A DNA stretch of 64,000 nucleotides from an uncultured Chloroflexia bacterium (GTDB lineage: Bacteria; Chloroflexota; Limnocylindria; Limnocylindrales; CSP1-4), in NCBI GenBank assembly GCA_963744095.1, contig CAVUSH010000003.1, positions 1,162 through 65,161 on the forward strand. The letters run 5' to 3'. A model generated the notes under the pieces. That model made no database searches, was not told the origin of the DNA, and worked only from the letters and a program-made list of their open reading frames with translations. Each line of letters opens with the position of its first letter. Within the stretch, counting starts at the first letter, position 1. This document shows positions 1 through 9,222 of the stretch, piece after piece. Position numbers and translations under genes: made by a program.

Positions 1-84
1 TTCCTGCTCGAGCTTGTCGATGAGAGGCAGCATCTTCTTGCAGTGGGGGCATTCGCGCCCGTAGAACATGACGAGGTGGGCCAT
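1..84 (-). CDS. thioredoxin/glutaredoxin-fold protein, 5' part only (continues past left edge)
   Basis: Open-ended, so absent from the ORF track. Minus-strand ATG at 82-84 gives MAHLVMFYGRECPHCKKMLPLIDKLEQE with a CPHC dithiol motif. Its ATG overlaps the TAA of the upstream gene (TAATG). Confidence 0.7.
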   Translation of the reverse strand, partial: MAHLVMFYGRECPHCKKMLPLIDKLEQE

Positions 85-515
85 TATGTCCTCCTGACGA
101 AGAGCCCGCACCAGCATTCCCCCGCCTTGACGCCCTTGTAGGTCTCGTGGATGGGGAAATTGCAGGGGCAGATGAGCTTCAAGTCCTCTTCCCAGTCCTT
201 GGTGCGCAGGCGGCAGGGGCAGAACTTGAAGCCGTGGTTCTTCTCGTTCTCGAAGATCCCGGTCAAGAGCAGGTTGACCTTGTCGGCGTCGGGATTGACC
301 TCGAACTCGTTGCCGACGGTAAACCGCTCGATGGACGCCCGGAAGTCCTCCGCGACCATGGCTATGTCCGGCCCTCCGCCAAGGATCTTGCGGGCCTCTT
401 CGGCCGTGATCTCGACGTAGGCGTGGAGGACTTTGCACGTCGGGCAGAGCTCGGGCGGGACGACCCCATAATGGATGTCGTTGCAGACGTAACAGCGCCA
501 ATATCGTTTTTTCAT
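84..515 (-). CDS. ferredoxin:thioredoxin reductase catalytic-subunit-like protein fused to an N-terminal rubredoxin-type zinc ribbon
   Basis: ORF track 84..587. Start moved to ATG 513-515 (MKKRYWRC...), which is preceded by GGAGGG. The N-terminus has CYVC...CPTC knuckles. The C-terminus has the CPCR...CPC...CWC cysteine pattern of the FTR catalytic chain. Confidence 0.8.
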   Translation of the reverse strand: MKKRYWRCYVCNDIHYGVVPPELCPTCKVLHAYVEITAEEARKILGGGPDIAMVAEDFRASIERFTVGNEFEVNPDADKVNLLLTGIFENEKNHGFKFCPCRLRTKDWEEDLKLICPCNFPIHETYKGVKAGECWCGLFVRRT

Positions 516-543
516 CAGATCCCTCCGGCCATTATTCTCTACT

Positions 544-572
544 ATATTAATAGGAAATCCAGGCGGGGTCAA
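544..572 (-). promoter_or_regulatory. sigma70-type promoter candidate for the FTR/thioredoxin operon
   Basis: Minus strand TTGACC (567-572), 17-nt spacer, TAATAT (544-549). It lies about 28 nt upstream of ATG 515. Confidence 0.55.
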
Positions 573-579
573 ACAAGAT

Positions 580-667
580 GGGGTCAAACCTACACTTTTT
601 TACTTTTCGCCGATCCGCTGGGTTCAGCAGGTCCCGAAAATGTGAGAAAAGTGTCAGGTTTGACCCC
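580..667. repeat. 20/21-bp inverted repeat (long hairpin) directly after the DUF481 stop; possible terminator or operator
   Basis: GGGGTCAAACCTACACTTTT (580-599) pairs with AAAAGTGTCAGGTTTGACCCC (647-667) with one bulge. The core GGGGTCAAAC occurs a third time at 565-574, overlapping the -35. Confidence 0.7.
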
Positions 668-670
668 TTC

Positions 671-1555
671 CTAAAAATTGATGACCAGGGAGGTCGTCAA
701 GAAGGTGTCGAGCTTCTTCAAGGGGACGGACACGAACAGCCCGGTCGGATCGCCGAGAGGGTCGAACAGGGGCAGGCTCTGGAGGGCCGGGACGTTCGCG
801 TAAAGGGTCCGCAGGATGACCTTGAGGGCCAGCGACTTGGAGATCGAGGCCGTCACCGAGTTGGCCCAATCGAACCGCCAATCGGCCGACCGGTTCAGGT
901 TGTCGTCGAAGACGAACTGGGTCGACAGGGACGAGCTGTCGAGGACCTTCTGGTCGCCGGAGACGGTCAAGCGGAACCCGGCAAAAGATACCGCGCTCTG
1001 GCCGACATACTGCCGGATCGTGTAGGTCAGGCCGGCCGCGGTCTTGACCTGCGTCCGGGCCTTGTTGACCCAGCCGTAGCCGAACCCGGTCGTGACGCTG
1101 ACCCGGTCGTCGACGCCCGCGAAGCGGTTCCGGTCCCAAGTCATTCCGGCCTGGCCCGCGAGGTTCTTGGAGATGCGGCGATCGTACTGGCCCGCCAGAA
1201 GATAGTTCCCCGCCACCTGGCGCGTGATTTTGTTCTCGATGATGATGAAATCCGTCTCGGTCCCCTGGGCGGTCCGCGCGTTCGTCGTGGAGTCGCTCGT
1301 CAGGATGTAGCTCCGGAAGAGGAGGGTGTCTCTGGCCCACTTTCGCGAGAATGTCGTTCCGAGGCTGAGCGCCGAAGTGGAGGTGTTGCCCCCGGTGACG
1401 ACGTAGCTGACCTCGGCGGTGGCGGCCCAAGGACCCAAGAGCCCGGATTTCTTCTCCTGGCCGCTCAAGGCGGCAGGCCCGGCGACGAGCAGGGCGAAAA
1501 GCCCGATGACCAGGGTCGTGCCCCGGAGGGGCGAGCGCGAAGTGGTCTTGCCCAT
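671..1555 (-). CDS. DUF481/YdiY-like outer-membrane beta-barrel protein
   Basis: ORF 671..1555 with signal peptide LVIGLFALLVAGPAALSG, an alternating beta-strand pattern and a C-terminal ...LVINF. AAGGAG RBS. A TTGACA-17-TTCTAA promoter candidate lies at 1591-1619 on the minus strand. Confidence 0.75.
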   Translation of the reverse strand: MGKTTSRSPLRGTTLVIGLFALLVAGPAALSGQEKKSGLLGPWAATAEVSYVVTGGNTSTSALSLGTTFSRKWARDTLLFRSYILTSDSTTNARTAQGTETDFIIIENKITRQVAGNYLLAGQYDRRISKNLAGQAGMTWDRNRFAGVDDRVSVTTGFGYGWVNKARTQVKTAAGLTYTIRQYVGQSAVSFAGFRLTVSGDQKVLDSSSLSTQFVFDDNLNRSADWRFDWANSVTASISKSLALKVILRTLYANVPALQSLPLFDPLGDPTGLFVSVPLKKLDTFLTTSLVINF

Positions 1556-1629
1556 GATAAGGACTCCTTTGAAATAGGCCCAGAGAGTTATTAGAACCCG
1601 CCGGCAAAAACTCTGTCAAGCCCTATTCC

Positions 1630-1650
1630 GTTCCGGACGGAACTTTTTTT
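1630..1650. terminator. GC hairpin plus T7 tract between the ROK kinase stop and the DUF481 promoter
   Basis: GTTCCG-GA-CGGAAC (1630-1643) is followed by TTTTTTT (1644-1650) on the plus strand. On the minus strand the A-run precedes the stem, so the direction of action is unclear. Confidence 0.35.
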
Positions 1651-1652
1651 GG

Positions 1653-2507
1653 CTAGTCGCGCGCGGCGTCGAAGTACAGGGCCGCCGCGCCGAGGATGGC
1701 GATGTTCTCGGTCTCCGAGACCTCGATCTTCAGCCGCTCCTTGGCCAGGGAATAGGCGTAGCTCTGGAAGGCTCGCCACAGGGCGGCCTCGAAGTGGCCA
1801 TAGGACTTGCTGACCGACCCGCCGAGGACGATGACCTCCGGGTCGACGGCGTAGCAGATGGCCTTGACCGCCTCGCCCAGGTGCCGTCCGAACTCGGCGA
1901 AGATCTCGAGAGCCTTCGCGTCCCCGCGACCGGCCCGCTCGGCGGCCTCGCGGCCCGACGTGCCGTGGACGCGGCGGAAGAACTGCCCGCTGGCGTAGGC
2001 CTCGAAGTTCCGGTCGAGATAGGGGAGCATGCCGAACTCCCCCGCGCCGCAGTTGATGCCCGAGTAGAGCCGGCCGTTGGCGATGATCCCGGCCCCGAGC
2101 CCCGTCCCGACGATGAGCCCGACGGCGTTGTCGTACGGCCCGAGCCTGCCGAAGTGCTTCTCCCCGGCCGCGAAGCAGTTGGCGTCGTTGTTGACGTAGA
2201 CGGGGAGGCGATAGCGCTCCTCGAGGATGGCTTTGAGCGGGACTTTCTTCCACGAGGGGATGTTCTGGACGTCATAGACCGTGCCGGTCTTGAGGTCGAT
2301 GATCGAGGGCACCCCGGCCCCGATGCCGGCGACGCCCGGGCCGATCGTCGCGTCGACGGCGCTGAACAGGTCCTCGAGGACCTCCCCCTCCGTGCCCTGG
2401 CCCCGGATCGGGACCGAGCGGACCCCGGCCAGCCGGCCGTCGACGACGAGCCCGGCCCGGACGTTCGTGCCGCCGAGGTCGACGCCGATGACGGCCGGAC
2501 CGCTCAC
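1653..2507 (-). CDS. ROK-family sugar kinase (glucokinase-like)
   Basis: Only the 3' part of ORF 1653..3209 is credible. GTG 2505-2507 (VSGPAVIGVDLGGTNVRAG...) overlaps the TGA of the transporter (GTGA), with GGAGG upstream. DLGGT phosphate-1 motif and GTGLGAGII present. Confidence 0.85.
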   Translation of the reverse strand: MSGPAVIGVDLGGTNVRAGLVVDGRLAGVRSVPIRGQGTEGEVLEDLFSAVDATIGPGVAGIGAGVPSIIDLKTGTVYDVQNIPSWKKVPLKAILEERYRLPVYVNNDANCFAAGEKHFGRLGPYDNAVGLIVGTGLGAGIIANGRLYSGINCGAGEFGMLPYLDRNFEAYASGQFFRRVHGTSGREAAERAGRGDAKALEIFAEFGRHLGEAVKAICYAVDPEVIVLGGSVSKSYGHFEAALWRAFQSYAYSLAKERLKIEVSETENIAILGAAALYFDAARD

Positions 2508-3829
2508 GCGGCCTCCTTCTTCTTCTTCATGGCGATCGTCTCGTTGGTGATGAGCGGCCTCGCCCAGAGGCCGATCGACAGGATGTAGCCGAGCGTGAGG
2601 TAGAGGACGAACATTCCCTGACGCAGGCCGAGGAGGTCGCCCAGGCGGCCGATGATGAGCGGCATGACGGCCCCGCCGATGATGCCCGTGCAGAGGATGC
2701 CGGAGAACGAGCCGTGGTGGCTCGCGACCGAGTTCAGGGCCAGCGAGAAGATGACCGGCCACATGACCGACGCGGCGAAGCCCATGAGCGGGAACATGAC
2801 CAGGGCCAGCGGTCCGGACCCGAACAGGGCCAGGGTCAGAAAGACGAGGGCCGCGGCGGTGAATCCCAGGAGCACCTTGCGGCTGTCCACGAACTTGAGC
2901 AGGACCAGGCCGAGGACGCCGCCGACCGTCATCAGCAGCCAGAACAGGGCCACGCGGTGGGCGCCGACCGTCTGGGGATCGTATTTGTGGTAGGTCAACA
3001 GGAACTGCGAGATCCAATTGGCGATGCCCTGCTCCGTGCCGACGTAGGCGAAGATGCCGAAGAAGTACAGGATGACCGACCTGTTCTTGAACAGGGACTT
3101 GTGGGTCTCCCAGGCGCCGGCCCGCTCGTCCTCGCTGCGAATGACGACCGGGAAGCGGATGGCCGCCAGCACGACGATCATGGCGATGACGAGGACCGCG
3201 AAGACCCAATAGACCGAAACCCAGGGGAGGGCCGGCGGGACGAGCCGCGACATCAGGCCGATCAGGGGTTTTCCGGCGCCGCCCGGCTGGCCGATGTTCC
3301 TGACGAAGTAGGTGTAGATGAACGGGCTCAGGAACGAGGCCCCGCCGAAGATGAGCTGGGCCAGGACGGAGTTGAAGGCGTAGTGCTCCTCGCCGCCGGC
3401 GACGCGCAGCAACGGATTGATGGCCACCTGGAGGGCGGCCATGCCCGCGCCGATGAGAAAGAGCGAGACGATGGCCGTCGGGTAGCGGGGCAGGGTCGCG
3501 AACAGGAGCGCCCCGGCGAAGGCCAGGACGAAGGCCCCGATCATGACCGGCTTCTCCCGGTAGCGTTCGAGCAGCATGCCCGAGGGGATGGACATGACGC
3601 CGTAGGCGATGAAGAAGGCGAAGGGGAGAAGGGCGACCAGGGTCAGGCTGAGATCGAAGCTCTTGATGATGTCGGGGACGAGCGGTCCGATGATGTTGGT
3701 CAGGAGCGAGATGACGAAGAAGATGAGCATCACCAGCGCGACCATGCCGACCGAGCGCCGGGAGACTGGGGCAGCCGAGGGAAGGGAGGATGCGGACGTT
3801 GGCGGGTTATCGTTCATGGAAGGCACCAT
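2504..3829 (-). CDS. MFS sugar:H+ symporter (FucP/GluP glucose-galactose family)
   Basis: ORF 2504..3853 with about 12 hydrophobic segments and FucP/GluP-like sequence. The start is ambiguous (ATG at 3853, 3829 or 3817). A TATAAA box sits just upstream of 3829. Confidence 0.8.
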   Translation of the reverse strand: MVPSMNDNPPTSASSLPSAAPVSRRSVGMVALVMLIFFVISLLTNIIGPLVPDIIKSFDLSLTLVALLPFAFFIAYGVMSIPSGMLLERYREKPVMIGAFVLAFAGALLFATLPRYPTAIVSLFLIGAGMAALQVAINPLLRVAGGEEHYAFNSVLAQLIFGGASFLSPFIYTYFVRNIGQPGGAGKPLIGLMSRLVPPALPWVSVYWVFAVLVIAMIVVLAAIRFPVVIRSEDERAGAWETHKSLFKNRSVILYFFGIFAYVGTEQGIANWISQFLLTYHKYDPQTVGAHRVALFWLLMTVGGVLGLVLLKFVDSRKVLLGFTAAALVFLTLALFGSGPLALVMFPLMGFAASVMWPVIFSLALNSVASHHGSFSGILCTGIIGGAVMPLIIGRLGDLLGLRQGMFVLYLTLGYILSIGLWARPLITNETIAMKKKKEAA

Positions 3830-3974
3830 CTTTCGCTCACTTTTATATAGCATATCGGCGGAAATTGAAAGGGCGGAATCGGGTCCTTATGGGGAAGATA
3901 AGGGCCGCTTGACAAAGGCCGGTCCCTGCCTGATGATGATCCCAGGGGTTGCCGGCGAGCTGACGCCGGACCGG

Positions 3975-5851
3975 ATGGAGGACATGATGCTGAGGATGCT
4001 CTTCCTTTCTTTTTCCCTGGCGGTGATATTGACCGGCGAACCGGGGATCCCCCCCGTCACGCTTTCGGCCCCAATCAGGCTGACCGCGATGGACGCCGGC
4101 GAGCTCATGGACGGCGGGCAAGCCAAGCGCCCTGTCCGACAGAGGGGGAATCCTCAGAGAAGAAACAGGCATCCCGACCGCAGCGTTGTTCGTTCACGAA
4201 GAGGCGCCTCGTCGCCCCGCACGACATGGGTCCGGACTTACTCCCGGGAGGGAACATTGACCCTCTCGGGCGTCGGAGTGATCTATGGCTTCCGGATGGC
4301 CCAGGCGAACGATGGAGGCCTTTTTCTGCTCGGCCATACCTCCGTCGATATCCCCGCGTCCTACGATAGCTGCGTCCTGAAGGTCGATCCGGCGGGTTCG
4401 ATCGAATGGCAAAGGGTCCTGAGACAAGGACCGGGAGCCGGAAACACCCAGTTCCTGCGCTCCATCTCCCCGACGAGCGACGGGGGATGTGTCGCCGGCG
4501 GGATCGACGATTCCGGGCCATCGCTCTGAAATTCGAGGCCGACGGCGATATCGCGTGGCGGCGCTCTTTCGGCCGCGAAGGCGCGCGACGACTTCGCCGA
4601 TCTTCGCCAGACGGCGACGGCGGCTATCTCCTGCTGGCCAATTCCGGCTTGGGGACTCGATGGGGATCGTGAGCGATCGGGACATTCTCCTCATCAAGCT
4701 CGATCCGTTCGGCGACCCGGTTTGGCAGAGAACCTATGGAGGCCCCTTCGATGAGAGGGCCGGTGGCTTCGTCGAACTGGCGGATGGAGGCTTCGCGGTC
4801 TTCGGCGCGCGCCCTCTCAACCGGATGAGAGCGGAGAAAGCCTCGTGTCTCCGCCTGTCCGCCACGGGCGAGATCGTCTGGCAGACCATCTATCAAGGAT
4901 GGGATGCTTACGCCACTTCCTAGACGACTCTGGACGGCGGCATGATCCTGCCGGATTCGTTTACGAAAGGACAGCCAGCTCAGCAGTGACCCGTGGGCCA
5001 TAAAGGTAACGGGGGGGGGCGCGGTCGAGTGGAAAAAGACCTACCATGGCTCTTTCGAGACGGCTTTACCTCCATCATGGCGACGCCGGATGGGGGATAT
5101 GTGGCGGCCGGCACGACAGGTTCCTTCTCCGGTCAGAGGCGAACGGGCTCTGCTCGTGAAATTCTCCTCCAACGGAGACATCGAGTGGCAGAGGACCTAC
5201 GGGCGGGAAGACCCGCAAGACGGCTATTCGTACGGCACGAACGCGAAATCTGCACCGGACGGAGCGCTTTACCTGGCCGGGACGACGAGCTTCGGCGGCA
5301 TGGGCGGAGTGCGTTTCCTCCTCATCAAGACCTCCGCTGAAGGGCTTGTTGAACGATTGCCCGGATTCGTGGGGGATGCCGGACTCGAGGTCCAGGATTC
5401 GACCGTCGAGATCCTGCCGGCCGCGCTCGTCCCTCAGGATGTGCCGATCCTGTCATCCGTCCCCGAGCTGACGACTCTCAACGTGGCCATTCGCGGCGGC
5501 CTGTTGTTCGCTCCACCTCTCAATGCCGTGGGCGAGACGTCGTCGTCCCGATCGCTGGCCCTGATCGGCCGCTCGAACCTGTTGACTTGGGAACCCAACC
5601 CGGCCAACGATGACCTCGAGATCGCCAAGTACCGGATCTATGCCGTCGGGCCTATCCTCCCCCGTCGGACGGAGATCATTCTCCCGGACGATGCCTTTCA
5701 TCTCTATGAAGTCGACGGGGACGTGTACCGGTTTGCTCACTCCCCCATTAAGGCCGGAGGATATTACTATGTGATCTGGGGAGTCGGCGCGGACGGGGGA
5801 GAGGGGCTGGCGGTGCGCCTGACCCAGCTTGACGCCGAGCGGCGGCCATGA
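3975..5851 (+). pseudogene. secreted SBBP-type beta-propeller repeat protein with C-terminal FN3-like domain, multiply frameshifted
   Basis: Signal peptide MMLRMLFLSFSLAVILTG. At least 7 copies of a roughly 55-aa motif DGG(Y/F)xxAGxT...D.LL(I/V)K(L/F)..G.I.WQRTYG. The frame must switch near 4520, 4655, 4975, 5052 and 5133, and the reading passes TAG 4921-4923. Pieces in the ORF track: 3609..4529, 4406..4672, 4489..4923, 4993..5340, 5090..5851. Confidence 0.7.
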
Positions 5852-6423
5852 AAAAGATCGCCCTTGTATCGGCCCTCATTGTTCTTGTCGCTTCGGCCGG
5901 CTTCGCCGCCGACGGGCCCGGCGTGACGGTCAGGGGCGGCGTCTTCTGGCCTTCGGATGCCGACTTCCGGACGATCTATGGCGCCGGGGCGATCTGGGGC
6001 ATCGAGGTCTCGTGGCTTTTCGGACGCCACATCGAGCCTTGGATCAGCGGCGACCTCTTCTCCAAACACGGCCACATGATCCCCACCGGAGAAAAGACCA
6101 GGATCTGGCTTGTCCCCGTCGCCGCGGGGCTGAGATATGTGGCCCGGATCGGGCGGCTCCGTCTTCATGCGGGGGGCGGGGTCGTCTATCATTTCTTCAG
6201 GGAAAGCACCCCTCTCGGAAAGGTCACCGATGGAGGCTGGAGCGCCATCGCGGAAGGGGGCTGCAGAGGTCCTCTATCGAAGACCTGGGACCTGGGCCTG
6301 AGCCTGCGCTATTCCCGCTGCCGGCTGCAGCCCCAAGAGCTGTCCTTCGACGTCGGCGGCCTTCAGCGGCGTTGGGGATCGGCTTCCGCTTCAACTGATA
6401 TAGAGCTTCGGCCGGCCTCCTGA
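5848..6423 (+). CDS. small outer-membrane beta-barrel protein (paralog of 9223..9807), probable 3' frameshift
   Basis: ATG overlaps the upstream stop (ATGA). Signal peptide MKKIALVSALIVLVASAGFA. The family-like C-terminus ...AALGIGFRFN* is in the neighbouring frame and ends at 6398, versus ...VVVGIQLFGND in the paralog. Confidence 0.65.
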   Translation: MKKIALVSALIVLVASAGFAADGPGVTVRGGVFWPSDADFRTIYGAGAIWGIEVSWLFGRHIEPWISGDLFSKHGHMIPTGEKTRIWLVPVAAGLRYVARIGRLRLHAGGGVVYHFFRESTPLGKVTDGGWSAIAEGGCRGPLSKTWDLGLSLRYSRCRLQPQELSFDVGGLQRRWGSASASTDIELRPAS

Positions 6424-6447
6424 CGCGCGCGCTCTCCGTGGCCTGGC

Positions 6448-9090
6448 CTACCTCGGCTTCTTGTCCCCTGTCTGCTCCTTCTCCCGCTGGAGCTCGATGA
6501 GGTCGACCGTCTGCGAGAAATCGCCCAGGAGCCACTTGGCGAAGTAGTCCGCGCGGAACCAGAACCAGTATTCGCCCATGTCGCCGTAGCCGTGGCGCTG
6601 GCCGGGGAAGATGAAGAAGTCGAAGCGCTTGTTGGCCTTGATCAGGGCCGCGGCCAGGCGCAGGGTGTTGGCCGGGTGGACGTTGTTGTCGATGTCGCCG
6701 GTCGTGATAAGGAGATGGCCCTTCAGGTTCTTGGCGATCTCGGAGTTCTTCTCGATCGAGTATTCGTACTTGACGTTGCCGTCCTTGTCCACGACCTCCT
6801 TGACGCCGTGGTGCTTTTCGCTCCACCAGCGGTTGTAGATGTTGTTCTCGTGGTTGCCCGAGGAGGACACGGCCACCTTGAAGAAATCGGGGTAGACGAG
6901 CATGGCCGCCGTGGACATGAAGCCGCCTCCCGAGTGGCCGTAGATGCCGACCCGGTCGATGTCGATGTAGGGATGGAGCGTCGCCAGCTCTTCGATGGCC
7001 CGCTTCTTGTCGGCCAGGCCGTAGTCGCGGAGGTTGCCGTAGCCGTAGTTGTGGTACCACTTCGACCGTGACGGGTGGCCGCCGCGGTTGCCGACCTCGA
7101 TGACGACGAAGCCGAGCTGGGCCAGAGCGACGTTGGCGTTGCGCGGCACGAACGTCTTGGAGACGCTCTCGGTCTGGGGCCCGGGGTAGACGTAGGCGAT
7201 GATGGGGTACCTGGCGCTCTCGTCGAAATCGAACGGCTTGTACATGACGCCGTAGAGGTCGGTGACGCCGTCGTCGGCCTTGACCATGAACGGCTCGGGA
7301 TACTTGAACCCGGCGGCCAGGAGGGCCGAGACGTCGGTCGTCTCGAGCTCGAGGACGAGGTTGCCGGCCGCGTCGCGGAGCTCCGACCGGGGCGCGGCGT
7401 CCACCCGGGAGAAGTTGTCGACGAACCAGCGGGCCCCGTCGTTCATGTCGGCGTTGTGTGAGGCATCGCCCTTGTCGAGCGGCTTGAGACCCGTCCCGTC
7501 GAGGGCCACCCGGTACAGGTGGGTGTAGTAGGGATCCTCGCCGGGCTCCCGGCCGCAGGCCGCGAAGTAGAGGACCCGGGCCTTCTCGTCGACCCTTTCG
7601 ATGCCCTGGCCGACGAACTCGCCCGAGGTGAGCTGGGCCTTCAGCTTGCCGTCGCCGTCGTAGAGGTAATAGTGGCCCCAGCCGTCGCGCTCGGACCACC
7701 AGATCATCTCCTTGCCGCCGCCGAGGAGCTGCAGGTCCTGGACTTCGACGTAGGTGTTGAGCCGCTCCTCGATGAGGATCTTGACCTCGCCCGTGGCCGT
7801 GTCGGCGACGCAAGCCTCGTAGCCGTGGAGGTCGCGCGTCTGGCGGCCGAAATAGAGCTTGTCCGGGGTGTCCGAGAGCCACTGGGCCGGCGGCGGGAAC
7901 TCGCGCTCCCGGTCGAGGGCCCGGCGCGGGGCCGTGAAGATGTTCAGGGTCGGGTCCTTGAACTTCTCCGCCTTGACCTTGACCTTGGCCTTGGTCGCGA
8001 GGTCGAAGACGAGGATCTCGGGCTGGGGCTGGTTCTCCTCGCCGGGCATCTCGTAGCGATAGGTCTCCAGGGTCGGCCGGGGATCGGCCAGCGAGTTGAT
8101 GACCCAGAGGTCGCCGACCTTGCGCTCGTCGCTGCGCTCGAGGGCGATCTTCTTCGAGTCCTTGGACCAGACGATCATGCCGGCCGGCCGGCGGAAGTCC
8201 TTGCGGTCCTTCTCGTCCTTCTGGTATTCCTTGATCTCCTCGCCGTTGAGGTACCGGGCGTAGGAATAATGCTCTTCGCCGTCCGTCGTCAGCTGTTCTT
8301 CTTTAACGGCCTTGTCGTCGGCCTTCTTCTGGGCCAGCTTGAAGCTCTCGGCGTCCATCATGAACAGGTTCTCTCCCCGGGCGAAAATGATCGTCTTCTC
8401 GTCGGGAGAGACCGAGGCCCAGCGCGGCCGCTTGTCGGGGGCCTTGTAGTCCTCGATGAGCGCGAGCTTGCCGGAGAGGAGCTCGTAGGTGAAGCCCAGG
8501 GTCTTGGTCTTCGGCTCCTCCTTGGGCTTCTCGGCCTCTTTATCCTTATTCTTCTGCGTATCCTGTTCCTTCTCTTTCTCCTTCTCCTTGTCCTTCTCCT
8601 GGACCTCCTCCTTGGCGATCTCGGAGGCCTTGACGATCTTGCCGTTGACCGAGATGTCGTTGTCCTTGGGGACCTCGATCTCGAACCGGATGGCCGTGTC
8701 CTTCTTGATGAACCTGATCGTCTTGATCGGCAGGTGCTGGGCGTCATAGGGGGAGAGGAGGATGCGCGTCAGCTGGGCGGCCATCTTGGCGTTGTCGAAC
8801 AGGGGCTTCTTGGTCTTGGCGGCCGGATCGACGATCATCCACTTCCGGCCCTGGCTCGTCTCGTAGCTGTACCAGAACCGGTCGCCCGTCTCGAGCCAGT
8901 GCGGCGACACGGCCGTGTCAAAGACGAGCTTGCCGACCTTGGCCGGGGTCCAGCGTGAAGCCAGGTCGTAGTTGGCCTTCCTGGCCTCGGGTCCGGCGCC
9001 TTGGCCGGGAGCCGCGGCCATGGCCATGATGAGGAAAGCGGCGGCGGCCGCGATGGCCGCGGCCCGGCGGGAGTTGGTCCGGAAAGACAT
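6448..9090 (-). CDS. S9-family serine peptidase, dipeptidyl-peptidase IV-like (DPPIV N-terminal propeller plus alpha/beta catalytic domain)
   Basis: ORF 6448..9090 with signal peptide, GHSGGGFMS nucleophile elbow and GAGGAGG RBS. It contains a Lys/Glu-rich insert at aa 161-196. Confidence 0.85.
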   Translation of the reverse strand: MSFRTNSRRAAAIAAAAAFLIMAMAAAPGQGAGPEARKANYDLASRWTPAKVGKLVFDTAVSPHWLETGDRFWYSYETSQGRKWMIVDPAAKTKKPLFDNAKMAAQLTRILLSPYDAQHLPIKTIRFIKKDTAIRFEIEVPKDNDISVNGKIVKASEIAKEEVQEKDKEKEKEKEQDTQKNKDKEAEKPKEEPKTKTLGFTYELLSGKLALIEDYKAPDKRPRWASVSPDEKTIIFARGENLFMMDAESFKLAQKKADDKAVKEEQLTTDGEEHYSYARYLNGEEIKEYQKDEKDRKDFRRPAGMIVWSKDSKKIALERSDERKVGDLWVINSLADPRPTLETYRYEMPGEENQPQPEILVFDLATKAKVKVKAEKFKDPTLNIFTAPRRALDREREFPPPAQWLSDTPDKLYFGRQTRDLHGYEACVADTATGEVKILIEERLNTYVEVQDLQLLGGGKEMIWWSERDGWGHYYLYDGDGKLKAQLTSGEFVGQGIERVDEKARVLYFAACGREPGEDPYYTHLYRVALDGTGLKPLDKGDASHNADMNDGARWFVDNFSRVDAAPRSELRDAAGNLVLELETTDVSALLAAGFKYPEPFMVKADDGVTDLYGVMYKPFDFDESARYPIIAYVYPGPQTESVSKTFVPRNANVALAQLGFVVIEVGNRGGHPSRSKWYHNYGYGNLRDYGLADKKRAIEELATLHPYIDIDRVGIYGHSGGGFMSTAAMLVYPDFFKVAVSSSGNHENNIYNRWWSEKHHGVKEVVDKDGNVKYEYSIEKNSEIAKNLKGHLLITTGDIDNNVHPANTLRLAAALIKANKRFDFFIFPGQRHGYGDMGEYWFWFRADYFAKWLLGDFSQTVDLIELQREKEQTGDKKPR

Positions 9091-9222
9091 GGGCGGGTCC
9101 TCCTCGAAGAATGATCGGCACGGAGCCTTGCGTAAGACGGCGATTATAGCACTATCGGGGCCGAAGGGGGACGGAGAATTGATCCCGGTGCCGCGGTCGT
9201 CAGACCGACAAGGACAAACGGA

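Noticed and set aside
1653-3209. 518-aa ORF spanning the ROK kinase and the antisense-looking 5' extension
   Set aside because: The 5' 230 codons (Arg/Pro/His-rich) overlap the MFS transporter in another frame. The GTG at 2507, with an RBS and a GTGA overlap, gives a normal-length ROK kinase.
5011-5019. G9 homopolymer as a phase-variation switch of the SBBP gene
   Set aside because: The tract is in frame with the locally correct reading (VTGGGAVEW). The gene has five other lesions elsewhere, so a single slip-strand switch cannot explain its state. It is kept only as a note under the pseudogene finding.
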